Part shown: one piece after another, positions 29,054-35,369 of the stretch
Position numbering within the stretch: the first letter of the stretch is position 1
How the letters are laid out: the number at the start of each line of letters is the position of its first letter
Assembly (NCBI GenBank): GCA_050115495.1
Contig: JASFQK010000053.1
Location: 1 to 35,369 of the forward strand
Direction: 5' to 3'
Origin: Phycisphaerae bacterium
Lineage (GTDB): Bacteria; Planctomycetota; Phycisphaerae; UBA1845; Fen-1342
Length of the DNA: 35,369 nucleotides
Notes under the pieces: model-generated
The model's database searches: none
Told to the model about the DNA's origin: nothing
What the model saw: the letters and a program-made list of their open reading frames with translations, nothing else
Position numbers and translations under genes: made by a program

Positions 29054-29546
29054 TGATCCCGGTCGCGGCTTCTTGCGCGAGCAGCACCGCGTGTCCCGCA
29101 CATTAAGACGATGCCGGCGCGGATCGCCCCGCCCCGGCTCCCTTGGCGGCGGGGGCGCAATTCCAGCGCCGGCATCGGTGCCTTCCAAATCCCCCCGCAA
29201 TCGGCCGGCCGACACGCCGCCACTTCATCGTGACCATCATGTCGGCGAAACATGGTGCCCTGGCACGCGGATCGACCGTGACGATCCGCGCACCAGGGCG
29301 AGGAGGCATGCAGGACTGCGACCTCGCGCCCCCCCTCGCGCGAGGCAGTCCACCTGCTACGGTTCGACGAGCAGGCCAACGAACGGCGAAATGTCGAAGT
29401 TGTTCACTTCGCCGTCGTCGTTGCAGTCGGCGTTGAGGATGTCGCACTCCGGATACGCCGCGGCGTACCCCGTCGGATCCGTGATCGCCAGCACGAACGG
29501 CGAGATGTCGAAGTTGTTCACTTCGCCGTCGCAGTTCATGTCGCCC
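29052..29546. repeat. Direct repeat, copy 2 (lacks about 55 nt present in copy 1)
   Basis: Aligns to 22859-23411; the missing segment lies between two GTCCCGC micro-repeats (about 22902 and 22957) in copy 1. Confidence 0.92.
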
Positions 29547-31099
29547 ACAAGCGTTTCCTCCACCCACGGCAGCAGCCGCAACGCGATCGGAGTGCTGCTC
29601 GTGTAGAGGTTTGTGCCGTTCCGGCGGCTGTAACCGCCCGAGATCCCGGTCGAGGAGCAGTACAGACCCGAGTGGAAGTAGTCATTGCCCTGAAGATGGA
29701 GCCAGTACCGGCCCTCGGGCAGGGTCACGTCGACCGGCGTCTTATGCCACGAATAGCTGTACCGGAACGCCGGCATCGTCCAGCTTCCCAGAGACTGTGA
29801 TTCGTCGAACATGTTGCCCGATCCGTCATCCGGGTGAATCGTGGCGGTAAAGCCCTGGGGGTTGTAGCATTCGGTGCGGCCGTTCAACCAGATCTCGCCG
29901 ACACGCCAACCGCCGGACGCCACATCGAACGGCTGGAAGACCTCCCAGACGTAGACCGAACCCGTATCGCCCATCGCCCTGAGCGTGCCGATGCTGGGAT
30001 CCACGTCCTGGTCGAGCAGGAACGTCGGCGGCGTGCACGGATCATCCTCGCACTCATCCGGGATGCTGTTCTCGTTGCAGTCGAGGCTGGTGCCGTCGGC
30101 GATGTCCAGGCGATCCGCGATGCCGTTGTTGTTGCAGTCTTCGAGGGCCTGGTCGTAACGCGCGTCCAGCGTCACCGCCACGCAAGACGCCCCGGAGGGC
30201 ACCTCGTAGATCATGGTCGGATCGCTGCCGTCCAGATTGAACTTCGTGATGTTCTTGACGCCGTCATTCACGATCTCGTCGGCGAGGTAGATGGCGCCGT
30301 GCGTGTAGTCAATGGCGAAGTCGCCCAGACCCGACGACGTGAACTCGTCCGGCGTGCCGTCATAGAGGACTGTGAAGTTCTCGTTGTTGAAGTCCACGCG
30401 CACCAGGCAGTCGCTGATGGTGTCGCTGTCGATCCAGTAGATGTGCCGGTTGGCGACGTCGACTTGCACGCGCGTCCCGGTCGACGCCCCGTCGGCGATG
30501 GTCTTGGCCACGAACGGTGGACCGTCCAGGTTCATGCGTTGCACCTTGCCGTCGACGATGAAGTAGAGCCAGCCGTTCACCGCGTCGACCGTGGGGCGCC
30601 CCATACGGGTCGAACTGGAGTAGTCCGGAGCGCGGTAGACCTCTTCCACCGCTCCGCTGCCGTCCATCGGCCGCCGGCGGATAATGCCGGCGTTGTTGCC
30701 CTGCGAGGGCGCCTCGGTCCAGTACACATAGCCGCCCACCGGATCCAGGGTGCAGCCGCGCGCGTACTTCAGGCTGGTCTGGATCGTCTCTTGACCGCTG
30801 CCGTCCGGGTTGGCGCGGCGGACGTAGCCCGGGCTCGAGCCGTGCGACCAGTAGACGCGGCCCGTCTCGTCGATATCGAGCCCCACGACCAGCCAGTCAC
30901 CGGCCGGAAACGGATCGGTCGTGAACAGGAGCTGCGGGTCGCTGCCGTCGAGGCCCATCGTGACGATCCGACCATCCTGATACTGAGTCAGACCGGCGTA
31001 GAGCTGCGTCTGGGCCGCGCCGATTGCGGCTCCCAGGCATGCGACGGCCACCACGGCCGCAATTCGCCACTGCAATTGTCGTGAATCTCCTCGGTGCAT
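29357..31099 (-). CDS. Secreted protein with YWTD/LDL-receptor-class-B-like beta-propeller, DCN.NGI.D repeats and C-terminal dockerin-like domain
   Basis: GGAGG RBS before ATG 31099; signal peptide; repeats RVYWS, YVYWTE, WLYF, HIYWID, AIYLAD with R.NLDG-like turns; dockerin almost identical to that of 23222-26377. Confidence 0.85.
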   Translation of the reverse strand: MHRGDSRQLQWRIAAVVAVACLGAAIGAAQTQLYAGLTQYQDGRIVTMGLDGSDPQLLFTTDPFPAGDWLVVGLDIDETGRVYWSHGSSPGYVRRANPDGSGQETIQTSLKYARGCTLDPVGGYVYWTEAPSQGNNAGIIRRRPMDGSGAVEEVYRAPDYSSSTRMGRPTVDAVNGWLYFIVDGKVQRMNLDGPPFVAKTIADGASTGTRVQVDVANRHIYWIDSDTISDCLVRVDFNNENFTVLYDGTPDEFTSSGLGDFAIDYTHGAIYLADEIVNDGVKNITKFNLDGSDPTMIYEVPSGASCVAVTLDARYDQALEDCNNNGIADRLDIADGTSLDCNENSIPDECEDDPCTPPTFLLDQDVDPSIGTLRAMGDTGSVYVWEVFQPFDVASGGWRVGEIWLNGRTECYNPQGFTATIHPDDGSGNMFDESQSLGSWTMPAFRYSYSWHKTPVDVTLPEGRYWLHLQGNDYFHSGLYCSSTGISGGYSRRNGTNLYTSSTPIALRLLPWVEETLVGDMNCDGEVNNFDISPFVLAITDPTGYAAAYPECDILNADCNDDGEVNNFDISPFVGLLVEP

Positions 31100-31314
31100 T
31101 CTCAGAACCTCCGTCATCTAATAGAAGCTGAAACAAACACGCGACCGCGGCGAGAATTGACGCGAGCGGACAGTGTTCCGCCGCGCGATCCTGCGAATTT
31201 GGAGCAAGCACCCACGTCCCACTCCCACAACTACGGGTGGGCCCCAGCCGGGAGGGGTCACGGGCCGCCGCCGGCTCGCTGACCCGATAAGGGAGGCCAC
31301 CCGCCAATAAGTCC

Positions 31315-31343
31315 ACCTTAACGATCGGTCATATCGGGGTCAA
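31315..31343 (-). promoter_or_regulatory. Putative promoter for cargo gene 5 (TTGACC-17-TAAGGT)
   Basis: 17-nt spacer; two TTCGCGAA palindromes upstream at 31350-31357 and 31386-31393. Confidence 0.65.
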
Positions 31344-31419
31344 TGCTTTTTCGCGAATTCGTTAAAGAGTTCAAGAAAGGATTGTTTCGCGAAATCTCGC
31401 ACGAGTTCCATCTTCAAGC

Positions 31420-31448
31420 TTGCTTAGCATGTTGAAGACTGGTACGCT
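31420..31448 (+). promoter_or_regulatory. Putative promoter for R5 (TTGCTT-17-TACGCT, extended -10 TG)
   Basis: -35 straddled by inverted TCTTCAA (31411-31417) / TTGAAGA (31432-31438). Confidence 0.55.
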
Positions 31449-31451
31449 CTT

Positions 31452-32858
31452 ATGAGCGTTTGGTACGCCCCAGCGCGGCCCCGAGGGCCTATATGCGACT
31501 CAAGGAGTCTCGTATGGGTCGAAGTGACGGCCCCTGTTTATCGGGCCTCAGGAGAACCGGGCCCGTTCGTTGCCGGCGGCGGCCATACACGGGCCACTAT
31601 CCCCGACGGTGCCCATTTGGACAGCAACGAGACAGCCCCGGCCAGGTCGCACACGTTCGAGCTCGAGGCGACGCGCGTCCTCCAGCAGTTGCGGACGGCG
31701 CTCGCTCGGGTCGTGGCCGGCATTCCGGGGCACGTCTCCAAGCCCGCCGAGCTGCAGCGCTCGCTCAACGTCGACATCAACCTGAGCTGCAAGGTCTTCC
31801 GGATCGTCAACGCGGCCAGTCCGCTGGACGCCGGGCCGCACGTACCCGGACTCAGCGGCTTGCGCACCTTCCTCAAAGCAGCCCAGCGTGTCGGCGTCGC
31901 GGAGTCGCTCGTGAGCGCCGCCATGGCCGCCAGTGGCGAGTTCAATCGTCTGGTGGCCAACCACGCCGGCGACCGCCCTGCCTTCGACACGATGATCAGT
32001 GCGTTCACCGACTCGCCGGACGCCGCCCAGATCGGCTTGCAGCATCGCCGGGCCCTCTTCCGCGGCCACCGGCACGTTCTCGGCGTTCAGGCCCGCGTTC
32101 AAATGCGGAGCTTCTTCCTCCAGCCGGCGGAAGACGACCGCATGCTGGACGTGGTCTCGGTCGCCGGCGTCCTGGGCCTGCGCCAGTTGTGCCCCGGGGC
32201 GCCGCTGGTCATGGCGCGCTGGAACGTCAGCGGGGACGACGGCAATCTGCGGGAGGTGCAGTGCGAACCGCTCGATTCGTCGGCCGAAGCGGGTCTGGTC
32301 CCGAAGTTCTGCAGCCAGCCGTTGCCGCAGTACCGGACCATGGAGCCCATGCCCGGCATCATGTGCGGTGAGCTGGTCAGTAACGGCCTCGGCAAGCAAG
32401 CGGCCATCACGTGCGTGCAAAGCCACGTGCACCGCGCCGCCATTCCGCGCTACCGCGGGGAAGCGGACCGAGTCGGCGCGTACGCCGCGAGAGTCCGCAT
32501 ACCGAGTGAGGTGCTCCTGGTCGACGTGCTCGCCCGCGAGGACGTGTACGGGTCACAGAAGCCGATCGGCTACACGGTTTCGGAGCACCAGGGCGAGATC
32601 ATGGCGGTGTCAGCCTGCGCAGAGTGGCTCCGGCTGAAACCCTACGAATCGGTCGCATATCTTGGGAGGGGACCGTCCGTGCTATACACACCGGACTTCC
32701 CGCGCTCCCCGGAGCTGGGCGCCCACGTCTTTGAGCGAATGGGCTGGGACCCGGAGCGTTTCGATGTCTATCGCTGCCGCGTCGAGTATCCCATCATGCC
32801 GTCCACCGTCACGATTCAATTCGACCTGATCGACCCACCCACGGCGTCGGCCGAATAA
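31452..32858 (+). CDS. Uncharacterised family protein R5, putative HTH regulator
   Basis: Motifs KPAELQRSLNVDINLSCKVF, HAGDR, LGVQA, FCSQPLP, RMGWDPERFDVYRCRVEYP; true start may be TTG 31617 by alignment to paralogs. Confidence 0.85.
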   Translation: MSVWYAPARPRGPICDSRSLVWVEVTAPVYRASGEPGPFVAGGGHTRATIPDGAHLDSNETAPARSHTFELEATRVLQQLRTALARVVAGIPGHVSKPAELQRSLNVDINLSCKVFRIVNAASPLDAGPHVPGLSGLRTFLKAAQRVGVAESLVSAAMAASGEFNRLVANHAGDRPAFDTMISAFTDSPDAAQIGLQHRRALFRGHRHVLGVQARVQMRSFFLQPAEDDRMLDVVSVAGVLGLRQLCPGAPLVMARWNVSGDDGNLREVQCEPLDSSAEAGLVPKFCSQPLPQYRTMEPMPGIMCGELVSNGLGKQAAITCVQSHVHRAAIPRYRGEADRVGAYAARVRIPSEVLLVDVLAREDVYGSQKPIGYTVSEHQGEIMAVSACAEWLRLKPYESVAYLGRGPSVLYTPDFPRSPELGAHVFERMGWDPERFDVYRCRVEYPIMPSTVTIQFDLIDPPTASAE

Positions 32859-33137
32859 CGTTCCTATCCGACGAAACGACGCTGAGCCGCTCATCGCCCC
32901 CCCCACCTTCCCCGACGGTCGTGGCACCCGAGCCCCCGACAAGGTGTCTCGCGTGATACCCGCATCACGGAATTCCTGCACCGGGTGTCGCGAATCGCCC
33001 GATAATCTCCCCGTCATGGTTGATTCGAATCGCGCACCGAATCGGCAACGGAATGGTGGCGGGAGACGACCGTCGCCGCGTCGGCCGCGCACGCGTGCAT
33101 CGGCCTCATCCCGCGCGAGGCCAATCGGCATGTGTTA

Positions 33138-33151
33138 ATATCCTGGATATG
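33138..33151. promoter_or_regulatory. Candidate operator ATATCCTGGATATG upstream of R6
   Basis: Palindromic; 13/14 identical to 34649-34662. Confidence 0.6.
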
Positions 33152-33200
33152 TTTATGATTGCAGACTTCCGTTCTTTCCAGCGTGCGTTATAATGCCTCC

Positions 33201-34520
33201 ATGAGCGAAACCGCCATCAACCGCCCTGCCGAACCTCTTCAGGAACGTCTCAGCCGCGTCGCTGAGCGGTTCCGGGACGCTCTCAACGCGGTCATTGATC
33301 AGGTTCCCGTTGCCATCAAACGGCCCGCCGAGTTCCAGCGCGTTCTGCGGCTGGACCGCAACCTCTCCAGCCGCCTACTCCGGGCTGCCCGCCTGCACGA
33401 CCCGCTCGCCACGCTGCACCGCATGCCCGGCCCACACGGTGTACGGCTGCTCCTCGCCGCGGCCATCAAGGCCGGCGTCGACCGTGTAACCATCGCGGAA
33501 GCCGAACACGCCGTCACCGAACTTGAACGCGTCGTCGCCACCGAAGTTGGCACATGGCAGGAACTCAACGCCGCCATCAGCGGCTGGCTCCCCAACGCCC
33601 GCGCCGAATTCGAGTTGACCAATCGTCAAACGGCTTACCGCGCCATCAGCAACCTCCGCGGCGTTACGGCGGATGTCGAGCTCGCCGTAACGATCGTTCA
33701 TCCGGCGGCCGATGACGCGGATTGGGTGGACCGGGCCGGGATTACCGGCATGTGCCGAATGAAGCGTCTGCGGCCCGGCGCTGTCATGAGACTGCTGCAT
33801 GGGCGGGCAGTTTCCGCAACACCGGGGGTGGCGGAGCACCACGAACAGGTTCTCGTTGCCGGCTGGAGCCCCCTTACGCCGCTGCCGAGTAACCGCCAAC
33901 GTTTCTCGATCGATGGCAAACCCATCGACTTCACGCATGGCGCTCCGCTACTGAAGGAGTTCAGCACCTCCCCCTCCCCCGAGTTAGACCTGCACGTCGC
34001 CGGCAGCTTGTCGCAGTACGTGTTGCCCGGCGACTGCGTGGGCTGCGGCTCGTTGGCCGATTTGCTGTTCGCCGACGTCATGCCCAGACGCTACCCGGCT
34101 CACGCCAGTGCCAGCACCCGTCCCATAACCCCCGGCGTCGTGGTTCACATTCCCGTCAAAGTGCTCGTCGCAGACGTACTGGTTCACAGGGACGTGTGGC
34201 GCGGCGTGCAGCCCGAGCTACGGGCCTTCGACACGACGGGCCACGGCCTGGCCGATCCGACCGACCCCAGTTGCAAAGTGTATCGCGTCGACGTCCTCGA
34301 CCCCATTCTGGACATGGGCACGCGGCTGGATGCGTTTCGCGTAAAGGAGATCGGGGGTTACGTCGACATGATCCGCCACGTCTGTGGAAAGCTGGGTTGG
34401 GACTCCACGGCCTTCCACGGCTACCGCTTCCGGATCGAATACCCGCTGTACGGGACCCAATTCTGCATGATCTTCACTCCTCCACCGCTGGCTCCGCCCA
34501 GCACTGGGACCCCTGCCTAA
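33201..34520 (+). CDS. Uncharacterised family protein R6 (most divergent paralog), probably leaderless
   Basis: TATAAT (33189-33194) then 6 nt then ATG; motifs KRPAEFQRVLRLDRNLSSRL, LRGVTA, MKRLRPG, KLGWDSTAFHGYRFRIEYP. Confidence 0.85.
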   Translation: MSETAINRPAEPLQERLSRVAERFRDALNAVIDQVPVAIKRPAEFQRVLRLDRNLSSRLLRAARLHDPLATLHRMPGPHGVRLLLAAAIKAGVDRVTIAEAEHAVTELERVVATEVGTWQELNAAISGWLPNARAEFELTNRQTAYRAISNLRGVTADVELAVTIVHPAADDADWVDRAGITGMCRMKRLRPGAVMRLLHGRAVSATPGVAEHHEQVLVAGWSPLTPLPSNRQRFSIDGKPIDFTHGAPLLKEFSTSPSPELDLHVAGSLSQYVLPGDCVGCGSLADLLFADVMPRRYPAHASASTRPITPGVVVHIPVKVLVADVLVHRDVWRGVQPELRAFDTTGHGLADPTDPSCKVYRVDVLDPILDMGTRLDAFRVKEIGGYVDMIRHVCGKLGWDSTAFHGYRFRIEYPLYGTQFCMIFTPPPLAPPSTGTPA

Positions 34521-34644
34521 CGAAGACGGCTGTCGCTGAGCGCGAGGGGCGGATCAGTTCCGCTGCGCATCCACGGCAATCCGGGACGCCCCGGCCAATC
34601 GCCGAGCCCCACAGATAAACACCGTTTCAATCCGAAATGCTCCG

Positions 34645-34692
34645 AATCATATCGTGGATATGATTGACTATGGTTTGACGTGATGCTATCCT
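34645..34692 (+). promoter_or_regulatory. Operator-like palindrome AATCATATC-gtg-GATATGATT abutting promoter TTGACT-17-TATCCT
   Basis: Perfect 9-bp inverted repeat at 34645-34665; -35 at 34664-34669; extended -10 at 34687-34692. Confidence 0.7.
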
Positions 34693-34840
34693 CGCCTTCA
34701 TTGGTGGAGGTTGGGCGTACGCGTGCGGAGCCCCCGCCACCTGAGGAAGAGGAGAGGACGTCATGAAGTGCATCGTTGGTTCAGACCGCGGGGCAGTCGT
34801 ACACCCCCGCAATCAACATCGTGAGAGGAGGAACGAGAAA

Positions 34841-35244
34841 ATGATCATCAGACAGACCATGACCCTACTGGCAATTCTCACGCTCGTCAGCGGGGCCACA
34901 GCCAGCACGGTGCTGTATGACAACTTCGGCCCTGGAGACGAGTACAACCACCAAGTCGGCTGGACGATAGGCTTGGGGGGGTCAGAGGACCACATCGAGG
35001 CGGGCCCGGGCTTCAGGATGAACATGGGTGGAGACTACTACCTCGATGCCATCGACGCTCCCATCCAATTCTACGAGTATGTCCCAGGTGCCCCAAACGA
35101 AGTGACGCTGAGCGTCTACGACACGGCCGAAGATGCCTTCGAACCGGGCGACGTCCTTGAGACGTTATTTACAACAGACCTGACTACGAACCCGTACGCC
35201 CCGCCCAGGAGGTTCGAGTTCTCCGGCACGACCCTCCTCGAGGA
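34841..35244 (+). pseudogene. Exported protein (N-terminus typical of PEP-CTERM-type proteins) truncated by IS256 insertion
   Basis: AGGAGG RBS; signal peptide; VLYDNFGPGD.Y...GW start; the frame runs into the IS end and stops at 35278 with IS-derived SYCQKSLMAS. Confidence 0.7.
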
Positions 35245-35369
35245 GAGCTATTGTCAAAAGTCGTTGATGGCGTCGTGATCAGGCGGCGGCTTTCTCGGGT
35301 TTTTCTCCGTCGATGAAGCGGACGCTGGCGATCACGTCCGGCAGAAGCTTCGCGCCATTCAGCGTCCGC
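35245..35369 (-). mobile_element. IS256-family insertion sequence, 3' end (second copy, inverted)
   Basis: Exact reverse complement of 1-125. Confidence 0.85.

Noticed and set aside
22859..29546. CRISPR array or integron attC cassette array
   Set aside because: Only two long copies; no regularly spaced short repeats, no cas or integrase gene, and no convincing attC core sites.
1..35369. Linear replicon or phage with terminal inverted repeats
   Set aside because: The repeats encode a transposase C-terminus and an IS end and cut genes; no phage or replication genes are present.

Overview
GC-rich bacterial contig, probably Planctomycetota/Phycisphaerae (inferred from the dockerin style and PEP-CTERM tails). 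Both ends are the same 125-bp 3' end of an IS256-family element in inverted orientation, and each copy cuts a gene. The main content is a repeated module, seen six times: a member of an uncharacterised ~400-aa protein family (R1-R6; N-terminal HTH-like region, conserved LGWD..F..YR....YP C-terminus) paired with a secreted or surface 'cargo' gene. Five pairs are divergent and one is tandem. The cargo genes are four Cys-rich dockerin proteins, two FGE-sulfatase-fold PEP-CTERM proteins and one truncated exported protein. The intergenic regions carry sigma70-like promoters, a shared extended -35 motif, module-specific palindromes (one found upstream of both R6 and its partner gene) and long, apparently structured 5' leaders. 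A cohesin-like PEP-CTERM gene could anchor the dockerin proteins. Duplicated 3' junctions suggest the array grew by cassette duplication or replacement. Also present: a fluoride riboswitch-crcB-DUF190 operon, an MGMT/ATL-like gene with an apparent start frameshift, a GH116 glycosidase with an inserted domain, and two hypothetical genes. All calls are by eye; no searches or folding programs were run.
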